Of a DNA stretch of 64,000 nt, positions 1 through 11,915 are shown piece by piece. Position numbers and translations under genes: made by a program. The notes below the pieces were generated by a model. That model made no database searches and had not been told where the DNA came from. It was given only the letters and a program-made list of their open reading frames with translations. This DNA comes from Aplysia californica (Eukaryota): contig NW_004797318.1 of NCBI RefSeq assembly GCF_000002075.1, positions 459,127 through 523,126 of the forward strand, given 5' to 3'. Within the stretch, counting starts at the first letter, position 1. Each line of letters starts with the position of its first letter.

Positions 1-616
1 CCTGGTTAGTACTGGCTACTAGTTGCCAAGTTGGAATCTAGGTCAATGCCAAGTGTCAAGTGTCAAGGTCTTGGACACATGCGGCCGCAAGTTTCAAGGC
101 ACTAGGCCCTATTTCCTTTTTTTTTTAAACTTTGCCTAGACTAGAAGTTCTACTCTCCTCTTTCAACTTAAAATTGACCGCAGCTAGATCTAGTAGATCT
201 TTACTAGATTTAGATCTATCTAGATCTAGATTCTAGATCTACTTGAATGGAAAGTAAACAAAAGTTCCCATAGGTAAGTAAGCCAAGTATAGTAAACAAG
301 ACGTCAAGAGGTGACTCGATTGTTGTTAGCCTACCCCCCCTCCTCGTCTGTGGCTGTATAATAGCCTGGACATCTATAGCCTAGTTTTGTTTACTTTTCT
401 CGCTCGGGCGCACGAGCACACCGCATTTTACGCTTTACACATAGATCTAGATCTCTGCACTAGATCTAGATTTATATCTACTCTTACTCAGTGTCATTCT
501 GATTCTTTGTGCCGGCGGTCTGTCGTCAGTCAGTCACAATCGAGGATGCCAGTAACAGTTCCCACAACAAATAATACTAATACTTTGTAACGCGTGGCCC
601 ATGTCATGCCCATGCC

Positions 617-644
617 ATGGATCCTGTCGAAGAAGTCCTGCTAC
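617..644 (+). CDS. Tudor-Schlafen gene exon 1 (MDPVEEVLL)
   Basis: ATG in a GCCATGG context, strong C|GTAAGT donor; phase 1 matches the exon 2 acceptor. Confidence 0.65.
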
Positions 645-1185
645 GTAAGTTTATTATATCTCTAGCCTAGTCTAGAGTGGTTGGACCCCATACGAACCAT
701 TACCCAATATGAACCACCCGTCGCTTGTTTCGTTATGTAATGTGGTGAAATAGAAGACCAATTTCGTGAACCTATTCGCGAAGGCGTGGCTTTCATCCTT
801 CAATTTTATGTCTATAGTCTAGATCTAAATCTAGATCTAAACCTAGAATCTAGAGTCTAGATATTTAGGGGCTAATTTGTTGTTTTCCCAAAACATCGTT
901 GCGGGCGCTCCGAGTCTGAGGCATTTTGAGCTCTCTGGACACCTGAACTTGCATGATCACATCTCACGCTGGGTGTGTAGATGATCGGCCTTCAACTGTG
1001 ATGGGAAGTCCTCTCCTTTCCTGACCGCTGCAACAGTTCTTGGGAGGACTTCCGTAACGAGCGACCACTATGAGACAGCAGAATTGAGGGCTTGGGGTAG
1101 GGGTAGGGGTCTAGGCCTCTTTATTGTGTTTGATGGGAAGTCCTTCCCAGTTCTTGTTGTCTTTACTCCTGAATTTGTAAGATAC

Positions 1186-2521
1186 TCTGTGTAAGACGGC
1201 CACCCATTGTCAAGGAGAAAAGTGGCCGTATAAGACAGGTGGCTGTCTTAGGCAGGACTGATCAAGATGAAGAAAACAAATAATTCCTATCAGGGGTCCC
1301 AATCGAAAGTAGCCGCATTGTTGTTGTTTTTGTTGGTGGTGGTTTGTATTTTGTTGCTGATTTTGCACAAGGGTGACAATAAAACGAAATGTATCAGACA
1401 AGGAAGACTGAGTGCCATACATGTAAAAACAAACTCATGGGTCGCTACCACTCGGAGAACGAACGACGTTTGTCACAAGTTCATGTTGACGTCCTTTGTT
1501 ACTTTGTTACAGACTGGGTTAACAGTGACCACTCATCTCACTTACGATTTTGGGGGGCTCTCGTGGCCTAGAGTCTAGAGGTTTAGGTGTTGGCCTCTCA
1601 TTCAAAGGTCCCGGGTTCGAATCCGGGTAGCGACCGAAAAATTTTCTTCTCTAAAATTGTCTCCTTTCACCTCCTTTCCTGCTCTCTAGCAATGTTCTGT
1701 TGTCTGCTTTCAATTCCACTTTCTGCCCCCACCCCCTCACCTCCTTTGCCCCCTCCTCTGGGCTCCTGACTCTTTCTGCAGCCTTTCTACTGCTACTCCT
1801 TGGCTCCTCCTTACTGCTGTCTTTCTGCCACACCCCTGATCTTCTGGTAGGAAAGATCATCTACACCTAGTCTTCTCGGACAAGGGCGAAAAATCTCGGA
1901 GGGCCCGTGTGCAAGTTGCGCACGTTAAAGATCCCTTGGTGATATAAAATCGATAAGAGTAGGCTTCGGCCGCCACTCGGGCAAAATTCAAAATTTCCTA
2001 CTAACTGAAAATATTAGGTGTGTCCCGCGCGCTCATATGACCTATGCAGTTGCGAGCGCCGTAAAACACTTTACAAAACAAACAAACTTACGATTTGTGT
2101 TTAAGTTTTGGGCGGGGTTTATGGGTTATGAGGGATCACACGCTTTCCTCACCAGCAGCTGAAGATTGGTAGCTATTGGTCAACAAACAGTGGGAAGGGC
2201 CTACGCAACATGATCTGTTGGAGGGACTACCTAACAACAACGACAGGGGATTGAATTATGACGGCTCGCCCTCAACGCAGGGGGGCAATGCACAATTTAT
2301 TACTAAACGAAATGGAGTCACTAAGGTGGCCGTCTAAGACAGGTTTTATTGCTCAGTGTGATAGGGGTTGTGTGTTAAAATAAGGTGTCCGCGGCTGCGT
2401 TGGACAGGTGCCCGTTGTACACAGTTAAATTATATAGAAAAACCGCAAGGGGGGAAATGGAAAGTGGCCGTTTGTACAGGTGGCTGTCTTATAGAGGTGG
2501 CCGTCAGGGCAGGTTCGACTG
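1186..2521. mobile_element. pogo/Tigger-like MITE, left end eroded, interrupted by the family A SINE
   Basis: Homologous to 21350-21830; right end CAGGTTCGACTG|TA. Confidence 0.75.
1551..2085 (+). mobile_element. tRNA-derived SINE with Deu/Nin-like central domain and I/Nimb-type LINE tail (family A)
   Basis: A box (GTGGCCTAGAG) and B box (GGTTCGAATCC); CTTCTCGGACAAGG...GCACGTTAAAGATCCC core; GCGCTCATATGACC...GAGCGCCGTAAAAC tail; (AAAC)n end; TSD ACTTACGATTT at 1540-1550 and 2086-2096. Confidence 0.88.
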
Positions 2522-2719
2522 TATGTAGATAGACTGAATTTTAATTGGTGTGGGCAAAACTCGATGGTGCGTGGTGATGACAAAGGCAGGAGAACTCTGT
2601 CAGAGATGGAAATATGAATTTTGGAGGTAAAGGGGAGAGGAGCAAAACATATAGACAGAGACTGGCGCTTAAATCATGACCAAAATTGTGTCAATAGTGC
2701 TGTAAAACGTCTACTCAAT

Positions 2720-4125
2720 CAGAGCTGTTAAAGTATTTTTTAAAAGGTACTTTTTAAGTACAAATTTAAGTACAATCTAAAATATGAACAGTAAAAGTAC
2801 TTAAATCCTGTAAAATGTACTTGAGTACAAGTTTTTAAAAAGTACATGAGTACATTTTGAGCACTTTCTGCTAATATGATAAAACACTTCAGTGCTAATG
2901 CAAAACATCATATTGAATAACATATATCTAGTATTTGACAAATTAGGCCATTTATTACTAATAACGTAATACAAAGCATTTGAATATATATACTTACTGA
3001 AAGTAGGTGGAAATGGTCAGTGAAATTGAAAAAAAAACCCAGCAAACAAACAGACGCAACTAGTGACTAAGTGATGTTATAAATAGAACTTGTTTGAGCA
3101 AGACAATATGATCAAATGTAAGTCAGTCCTAGAGGTTGGAAAGTAGGAAATTATTATTCAATTGGACCGCACGAATATTCAAATTCAGTCTGTCTAGCAA
3201 ATTGTGGTGCAGAGTCAACTGCTGCAGTGGTCAGGGAAATAAAAGCGCAGTAGTTCACAGTTCGATGTGATCCCGTCTGACGTGGACGTGTAGACCCTAC
3301 CCATTCAGTTTGAGTTTGTGATGAAAGTTCACATGGAGTGCTCGGGTGCAAGTGTGATGTTGGGAGAAAACAAATGAACATGTTCATACGTCGGTATGAT
3401 CCCGAATGGGGCCAACATTGTGTACCGTTTCATTGAGATGAACAACGGAGATGTGGTCACTTTCATGAGGGTGGATGATCTGTGTAACACAATGGGAAGT
3501 ACAATGATCGCTTATTTTTACTGCTGCTTGTCTGATCGGCTGCACCAACCCAGATTTTTGTTCCTTGAATTATGATCTGAAATATGGGATCTTAGCTTCG
3601 GAGCGAGATCTTCGGGGTGACTAATGTGTTGCAAAAGTTCTGTTTTCTTGAACAGCGGGACCTTCAGCGAACCGGTATTGTAGGCTGTGGGACCTTGTGG
3701 CAGAGACTAATGTATTATAGGCCTATCTCATAAACTAATAATTTGCTGTGGGTGTGGTAAAAATTCATGTTAAAAAGCAGATAAGAATGAAAAAGAAAAG
3801 TGCTTTAATAGAATTTTGTACACATACGTGAGAGTATTGAGACTGGACTGTAAGTAAAATAGTATGGTTAACTTAAATACTTTCCCTCCCACAGGCAGAT
3901 ATGCACTACTTTTAACACTGCCATCATATTTTAGGGAAAATCCAAAGAAATCATCAATCGGCGAGATGAGGTGGCAAAGTGTTAAGGGTTAAACCAATGT
4001 ATTTTTAACTGCTGAAACACTCAATTCATTTTTATGGCCACGAAAACTTAATTTTGGTTGAATCGAAATGGAAATACATGATTTCAGATTCAGATTTTTA
4101 TCCGTCTTTGACTTTGACAACACTG
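2720..4125. mobile_element. Non-autonomous TIR DNA transposon (hAT/P-like)
   Basis: Imperfect TIR CAGAGCTGTTAAAGT / ACTTTGACAACACTG; flanks ACTCAAT and AATCAAT; subterminal AAGTAC repeats. Confidence 0.55.
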
Positions 4126-5441
4126 AATCAATGATACTGTAACATACAATCTATAAACAACAAACAGTAAAAGCATGAACAAAACACATTTTGGTGCAGC
4201 TGCAGACTCAAATATAATTTGAAACTCACAACTTTGACTTTGGTATTATTTTACTTTCCATCGAAATTGTCACCATCGTCTTCATTCACCTCTTTCTCTC
4301 TGGTATTGCGTATAGTGCACCAAATACTGTTAAGGACTCTTCACCTGCCTCTGTTCTGGTCAATCTTCTCCAAATCCAGCCGTGTCCCATGCCTGCATTC
4401 TGCCTCTAAATCTTGCTCCTTGCTGGATCTCGGCCTCCCTTTCTTTCTCTTTTCTTGGGGGCTGCGTCTTAGGCCTTGTCTTTGTAAGTTGTTACTCAGT
4501 CCATTGCCATCTTCTCATCTCTTGATCTCATTGCCAACTGGCTGTTGTTTGGTTCGTCACCTATCCTGAGAGCTTTTTATAAAACGAATGCTGCCAAGAC
4601 TCAAACACCCCCTGCATCATTGTTATTCACAAACAAAACAACACAAGAGAAAACAATTCAAACATTTAAAACCACTGGCTGAGGTGTCTTTAGGCCTTTC
4701 CCATAGGGGAACGTGTTTTTTCTTTTCTCATCCTTACTGTCGTCATTTGTCCTCTACTTCTTAAATTTTGTATGTTTGTTACACTCTTGTGACCTGCTCT
4801 TTCAGGGGTTCCTTGATAACTGCACTGTTATGAGCTTGACATTGATAAATCAGCCCATTTAGTTTTACTATTCTACTGTGCATAAGAACATGTTAATGTC
4901 CCCCCTTTGGGAATGGCCTAAAGACACTTCACTGCCCCGGGGGTAGCTAGGCTTTACACAGCCACACAACTTTTTGGCAAACAATCAAGATGACACAGGT
5001 GTGCATTTAAACGAATCGGTCTTCTTTTGCACAGCTTATACTATGCTGGCATTTCAGGCACCACTTTTTACTTTTCTTTATACATTACTTGCTCAGTGCC
5101 TGTAATCATCTACACAAAAACCTTATGTTTGCTATAACGAACACTCGGATTCAACGAGATTTTAGGTCAGGCCCGGCGACCTGGTTGAGTCCGAGTTTCA
5201 CTGTATTCCTGGCGGTGTTGGACAGGGATTACTGTGCATGGAATAACAGTATAGGAAGAGGCGTCAATGAACGGTTGCTATTGGTACTGGTGTCTGTCAT
5301 GGTAAACTTACTTCAAAGGCGGGCGTGACTCTACCTGTTGTAATTTATGTTTGATTATTTCTAAAAAAAACTCTATTTTGTTCTCAATTATAATATATGT
5401 AAAAATATGGTTGTGAAAATTAAGTTTTTCATTTATTTCAG

Positions 5442-6656
5442 ATTTGACAGACGTCATGTCGGCATCGAAGTCAAAGTCAAAGTCAAAGTCAAAGTATGCT
5501 GATGTGTCTCAGTACTTGTTCAAGGTATTGAGTTTCTCGAATTGGTCATCAATGGTCTCCGTTTCAGGCATGGCTATGGTGTCAGACCTATGCAACAAAG
5601 ACAAAGACGAAGGATTTCGAAAGGCTGCCATTGATAATGGCGTTGTGAAGCAGTTGGTTGGTATTCTGAGCAGACGGAATGAATATTTTCATGGAAGTGT
5701 AGAGCAAATAGAATCCCTGCTTAAACCTAAGTCTCCTCAAGGTTCTTTAGATCTTTCAGAAGATTCGACCGCTGTAAGGGTGCCTCTGCAAACAACCCTT
5801 GCTTTGAAATGCATTTATGAATTTTGCTCAATTTATAGTATTCACCACTACAAGTTTCTGGATGAGAGTTTTCTGCAATGCCTGTTAGGATATTTGACTA
5901 TGCATCGTGATGCTTCGATGAACAATTTCCAAAGCTTTTATCAGTTTGGACCTTCGTTCACAATGGCTTTGAAAGACATTGTCAGGTCCTATGGATTTGA
6001 TATGAAGGTATCAGCCAACTGGGACAGCCCTATCAATGCACAGGGGGAACTGTTATTTTACAAACCTGCTTTCATGAAAGTGAAAGATGTTCAGTTGAAA
6101 AGCAGAAGTGTTTGGTATGTAACGATTAGAGACGGAAGTTTGAACCCTGATAGTGACCTACACAAGAGACTTATTAAAGAGAAAGTTGCTTGGGAGAAAG
6201 GGCTTGATCTTGGGGAAGTAGGAGCGCATTCAGAATGGCGGAAAAATGGGACCAAAAATGCCCCTGAATCACCCACAGCCAGTTTGGAACTCACAGCCCT
6301 GAAATGGAAGAGTTGTTGTGTGACAAGTGTTGTCAATGGAAACTTCCTGTGGGCTTTGCTTGGTGATGACACAATAAAAACAGCATCTGCTATCTCGTCG
6401 TCGCTCAAGAAAGATCTTCCTTCATTGAAGAAAGCCAAGCCACACCCTGATGATGTGGTGGTTGTGGAGGCACAGTCTCCATCGGAGCGAGACGTTTTTC
6501 GTGCTCGGGTTGTGGAGGCAGCTGGGGGTGTGGTCACGGTGTTTGGGGTGGACAGTGGAGTCATGAGAAAAGTGCCAATCCACTGCGTCTATGCTCTGCC
6601 TTCGCATCTCACTCTGGAGGAGATCCCAGCAACAGTCTCGCTCGTTCGTTTAAAAG
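5442..6656 (+). CDS. Tudor-Schlafen gene exon 2 (ARM-like repeat plus extended Tudor module)
   Basis: 406-aa ORF 5444-6664 with TTTCAG acceptor and G|GTGAGT donor. ARM-like FRKAAIDNGVVKQLVGIL; Tudor-like CVTSVVNGNFLWA...VFRARVVEAAGGVVTVFGVDSG...IPATVSLVRLKG. Confidence 0.9.
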
Positions 6657-7389
6657 GTGAGTAATTGTGGTCGTTTACGTTGTCTGGCTATGGTTGGATA
6701 GCCCACAGTGGTTTTTTTCCTGAATGCCCCCCTTGTGACAAAATGGCAAGAAGAGTCATGTAATCAAAGATACTGTACCCTACGGTAAGATGCTACAGCT
6801 GCACCTTTCCCTAGACTCTAAAAATATGTAACCAGCGTAAAATAGGTCACGCCCCCAGCGAGCGTGTGACTGAGCCCTGATGACTTGGCAAGGGCTTGTT
6901 GGATAGAATGAGAGCGTCCTAGTTAATCCTACTCTAGGCCCCATTCTTATCTAGATCTAAATAATTATTAGATCTATCTACTAAACTAAAGTATTGATCA
7001 ACGTATTCCGATAATTTATCAAGATCTAAATTATTTTAAAAGAAAAACATTAGGTTTAAAAATAGTCTGACTTCGCTAAGGAGTGATAAGATCAGAGGAT
7101 ATACTGGTACCGGGTGCATAGGCTCATGATCCACTAAATGCAAATCTAGCCCTAGACAGTGACTCACGAAGTCTAGGCCTAGAATCTGTCCAATACAATG
7201 TTATTGATAGTATTGATGAGATAGTATAAGTCATTAAGTAGTGATGACAGGATCTCTGGGAGTATGTATTATAAGAATTCAAAAGATAGTGTCAATTAGT
7301 ATTAGATACACCGAGGAACGCTGCAACAGAAGAAGAGAGAGAGAGAGAGAGAGAATACAACATAGAAGTATGTCTTATTAACTCGATAT

Positions 7390-7427
<38 letters not shown>

Positions 7428-8019
7428 ATATATATAACATTTACATCTAGATTCTAGATCTACACCTAATGGAATGGGCCCGTACAAAAAGTACAGAGTA
7501 AAGCATTGGTCCTAGTCACGGATGCAAATTGTAAACAAAGCTTACAGGCTGAACTCTGATAGACCCCTCTCTAGTAGTTTAACTCTAATCTAGACTCTAC
7601 ACTAAAAAATCAATTTCTCATTGTCTTTCCTTTCTTGGTCCTTTGGGAATCTGAAGAAAGACAGTGGTTTGGGTGTTTCCTCCGGAATTAGAACAGCCCA
7701 TCGCTGAACAGAACTGGCCAGTATAGGCCGACAGGCATTGCGTTTCACTCGCCATGTTTACACACTGTCACATGCTCGCCGCTAGGTGGCGCTGGGCGTC
7801 GTTGTACCTCACAAAATTGGACAAGTGGAACATCTTAGTTTAGGGTATATAGGGAGGTTATACAGTTGTTGTAATGTAAGGTCCTTAGGGTATATTATCT
7901 CTGATGTACAGAAGAACACGGCTATTGCGGGACTGCTATGGGAATGCAAAGGGGAGATTACCGAAAATTTTCTTAAAATCCACATGATTACCTCCCTTCA
8001 ATATTGATAAAATTTGCAC

Positions 8020-8113
8020 TTTAGATTAGTCTTCCTTTTCTTGTCAACTTCGTTTATTATCTCAGCCTTTAATTCGAGTGAGAAGCGTTTCATTAAGTCT
8101 TTGTTGGAAGCCA
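8020..8113 (-). pseudogene. Remnant of a pogo/Tigger transposase N-terminus (CENP-B HTH_psq-like)
   Basis: MASNKDLMKRFSLELKAEIINEVDKKRK resembles the KRxxLSLExKxEII motif; short and truncated. Confidence 0.45.
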
Positions 8114-8329
8114 TCTTTTTCTCGATCTTGTTGCATGTGCTGTCTATCGTACCGGAAGGCCCACTGTAGAACTGGTGAAGGGGATGTGTGCGTATGCCTG
8201 AGGAATCACGCACTACACGCTCTCCTCTTCTTTTACTTTATAGCCCAGCCTAGGGCTATGGCCTATACGCTCTTATTCTGTACGGTACTGAGTGTCTAGG
8301 CTATGGCACATCACTGTATACTACATTTT

Positions 8330-8990
8330 GGAGTGGCTCACGTAATACGTCTCTCCGCACCGTCTCTCTCTGCCGCCTGCTCCACCTCACTCATCACTGG
8401 ACTGGCCAATCACAATTCCACACCGCTAACTGCCCGTTTAGATCCCGCCCGTTTAGATCCCGCCTACAGCCCCCCACCCCCAACCTCCTTCCCCTCAGCT
8501 AGAGCTCGCTCGGTCAGTCCCGCTGTATCCAAGTTCGGGCCTTTCCTTGCCCCGTTAAACCCGAGCACAGGAATGAGTTTGCATTTTTAAAAAGGGGGGT
8601 TTCGGTGAGGGCCCGCTGCAGCGGGTGCCGCTATAGTCATGTTCTACTGTATAGATCTACATCTCCTTTGGAGTGGTCCATGTAACGCCTCTCTCCGCAC
8701 TCCACACCATCTCTCTCTCTCGGCCTACTGCCTGCCCCACCTCACTCATCACTGGACTAGCCAATCACAAAGCCTCACCGCTGACTGCCTGTTTGGAGTC
8801 CGACTACAGCCCCCCCCCCCCCACCCCCACAGCTAAAGTTCGCTCGATCTCTCCTGCTCAACTGCTGTATCCGAGTTTGAGACTTTCCTTTCCTCGCTAT
8901 ATCCAAGCATAAGCAATTGAGTTTGCATATAGGAGAAAGAAAAGAGGATTCCGATAAGGTCCTGCGCTAGTCATGTTCTACTGTATTTTA
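8330..8990. repeat. Diverged tandem duplication of an approximately 325-bp unit (possible Helitron-like non-autonomous element)
   Basis: Shared blocks TTTGGAGTGG, CCACCTCACTCATCACTGGACT and TAGTCATGTTCTACTGTAT in both units. Confidence 0.75.
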
Positions 8991-9474
8991 TATTGTGTTT
9001 TACCAAGATGTCTTAGCAGAAGAGATTATAATATTATAATGTCAACTGAAACAGACTAAATTAGTTTGCACTTACTTTTGAAGAAGTCAAAACTCAATTT
9101 GTCTTTTTGTTTAGGGTGGGTACAGCTACATAGGGAAATAGGTAAGGCCAACAGAATTCATTCTGTAATTATGGAAATGGACTGAGTGTGAGGCCTGGCT
9201 CGCTTTCTGGGATTGGTCCAATGAACTTCCAAGCACACTGTTTCTTGTCAGTTTGTGTGTTCCCACACTCCACCTTTCCTTTGAGGTGTGATTTTTTTTC
9301 CTGCTCCCTTAAAATGGAAGGTTCAGCACAATATGTATCATGATGTAGAGAGCACCTGAAGTGTATGACATCTTATTCAGTGACAAAGTTCTCTTGTTTT
9401 GAGAATATCGTATAAAATTTCAGTTGTCTGTGAAGTATGAATACTGACAAAATATGCTGTTTCTCTCTCCCAAG

Positions 9475-9544
9475 GTATTAACCCACCACCTGTGGATCCT
9501 CGTGGTGTTGAATTGGCGGCTGCCTCTCTGATGTTGGTCTCCAG
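9475..9544 (+). CDS. Tudor-Schlafen gene exon 3 (GINPPPVDPRGVELAAASLMLVS)
   Basis: CCCAAG acceptor, AG|GTGAGT donor; completes the LxGIxP motif that follows extended Tudor cores. Confidence 0.85.
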
Positions 9545-9979
9545 GTGAGTGTTTGTGTAGTGTTTTGATGGTATAAATAAAAGCATTGTTTGATCGGGCC
9601 TTTAATTTTGGATGTCCTACTTTTTCCCAAAAAATCTTTAACAGTAATTACAATGGTGTCAGTTATCTAAATATACCTTAGAGCCCCATTTTATCTAGTA
9701 GGGATTTATTCTTTATAGCATGGAGGGCACCACTGGTAGGTTATATGATATTTTCTTTCCCTCTGTTGTTTTTCTGTATTAGTTTTTTCCAGCACTGAAT
9801 GACCCTTTTATTGGCGCTCATAAATGACCTTATCACATGCATTTGCGAGCGCCGTAAAACCCTCTACTATAAAAAAAAAAAAATGACCCTTTTATGTTGA
9901 TGGGTTTCTCTTTACTCAAACACCAGCTCATAGGACGACAAAGTCCTCTATCTGCGTCCCACTTTTATTTGTTCTCTAG

Positions 9980-10161
9980 GAACAGTATCAACACCTGCAG
10001 TCAGCTCCTGGAATTGGACCTCTTGACACAGTTTCCGGATCTGATCCACAGTCCTGACCCCCATGTAAGTTGTCAGGCACTCTCCCTGGCTGCAACACTG
10101 GTGACGGGAAAGGCAAGGAAATGTTGCAAGAAATGGCTCAAGATTCTCTTCGCTACTTTAG
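9980..10161 (+). CDS. Tudor-Schlafen gene exon 4 (ARM-like; NSINTCSQLLELDLLTQFPDLIHSPDPHVSCQALSLAATL...)
   Basis: TCTCTAG acceptor, G|GTATGT donor; in frame with ORF 9894-10169. Confidence 0.85.
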
Positions 10162-10641
10162 GTATGTGATTATTGACTGTTGTTGTTGTTGTTGTATTGC
10201 TGTTCCTGCAGCTCATGTGTTGATGTTTGCCCTTTTGGCTCTTCTGCCCTGCCAAGTATTCCAAGAAAATCTGATTTGTTTTTCTTTGTCTTTCTGAAGT
10301 CCCCAATTAGTTCTGCGAAAATACAAAACCTTTTGGATGGGGCGAAAGTTTTAACTTGTTATACCTACATTGGCTTGGTTTATGCAAATTAGTATATATT
10401 TATATTTAAAATTAGTAAGCACTGAGTGCCTAATTTAAAAAAAAAAAAGAATTTTTTAAAGTTACTGATAATTTGGATGAAAATTTCCAAGTGTTCTGAT
10501 TTGTGACTAAATTGTTGCTGCTTATAATGCCTTTCCTGAGGCCTGATGGTATAAGTTGTGGTTGGTACTTCTGACAATCTGGAGTAAGGAAGCACAGTTT
10601 TAATATTAGTGTCTAATATTTGCTTATTTTGTGTTTTCCAG

Positions 10642-10766
10642 TTGTCTTGAATAGATGTGTGCAGCGTCAATTACAGCATGCGGAGAACCAACGCTCTGAG
10701 ACTACGACTGACAAAGTGTGTCAGAAAAGCCTGCGGTTATCTGACATCAGCCCAGCGGACAATTCT
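10642..10766 (+). CDS. Tudor-Schlafen gene exon 5 (VVLNRCVQRQ...SPADNS)
   Basis: TTTTCCAG acceptor, weaker GTAAAT donor; phases fit both neighbours. Confidence 0.7.
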
Positions 10767-11722
10767 GTAAATATATAATTTCACAGTTGTTAAGCAGTTC
10801 TGTTATCATTCTCCTCGGGGACTGGAATTTTCTTCTGTAAGTCCTACTTGTTTCTGGTCTGTCTGTCGTCTATATTCTGTATTTCATATTGGTTTTCTCC
10901 TGCTGTGTAGATAGTCGGTGGGTGCTCTGATATCTTCTTTTTTTCAGTTGCAATTCTAAGTCTGTATCCCGGGGAAATACAGTGGTTGTCACCCAGTCTT
11001 GTCACAGTCTGCAACTTAAAAGCCTTTTATTACTTTGCTTTGTTCTAATGTCCCTCTTTTGTGAGTTACCTCTGTATGAGAAGTCTGGCAGCTTATGGGG
11101 TCATTTGCTCTTACCCAGTGAGCATGTAAGGGGATGGGCTCTAATCTTTTAGGTTTAGCTGGATGTGTTAGTTTTAATGTGCCATGGTTAGTAGGAATAA
11201 GTTTTCTGCTTTTTTAAATCACATCCTTACTTTTCTACGAAGTTCATTCTCTGCCTAAGAAGCCGTTTTTGCAATGCAACAGAATTTTAAAAAATAATTT
11301 GCATGACTATGAACCTTTCTAAAATAGAAACCTGACGACCCATTTAGAGATGAGGCAATGAGATATTTCGTCACTGCTTCAGCATACTTTGTTTATGTTG
11401 GGGAGAAGGAAGAGAGGTTGGCATTGATGAGCAGACAACAGTGTCTACCTATCACAAGCCTGCTTACACTGAACGTATTCTTTAGTCAGGTTCATGGGCC
11501 GTGCCAAGAGGGTCAGTCTTCACATCCATTTGTACTATCAGTTGGTTCTGTCATAAAGCTAGTACTAGTAGGCTGCAGCACTGTATGTCACATGAGGAAC
11601 TATTGTTTTGATTTGGAATAGACAGTCTGAGAATTATTGTGAAGTGCTGTTGTATGAAATTTCTGGTGAATGGATTACCATACTAAGAACTGTAACTTTC
11701 CTTTTACAATTCTTTGTTTCAG

Positions 11723-11807
11723 AACATCATTTCATCTTGCTTGCAGCTTCTTGTCAACCGTCTGTACATGTGCCGAGAAGCGAAAAACTTTTTCTACCGC
11801 GTTCAAG
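11723..11807 (+). CDS. Tudor-Schlafen gene exon 6 (NIISSCLQLLVNRLYMCREAKNFFYRVQ)
   Basis: TTTCAG acceptor, G|GTATGC donor; ARM-like helix pattern. Confidence 0.8.
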
Positions 11808-11915
11808 GTATGCCCATGGTTTCTCACTGTTCACATAAGGCAGCGGGTGGTTGGAAGGTGCCATTGGCAGGTCCTACTTCTTTATCGTTGCCGTGATTTT
11901 TGTCTATTGGCCCTG

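Noticed and set aside
1553-1635. Possible tRNA gene (A/B boxes, CTC anticodon-like loop)
   Set aside because: It is the head of a SINE: it continues into a SINE body and tail, is bounded by TSDs and has diverged copies elsewhere.
5465-5494. (SK)5 tract as an RS/RG-like functional motif
   Set aside because: Encoded by a TCAAAG hexamer microsatellite; no evidence of function from sequence alone.
6091-6564. 157-aa antisense ORF
   Set aside because: Shadow of the exon 2 coding strand; no independent motifs.
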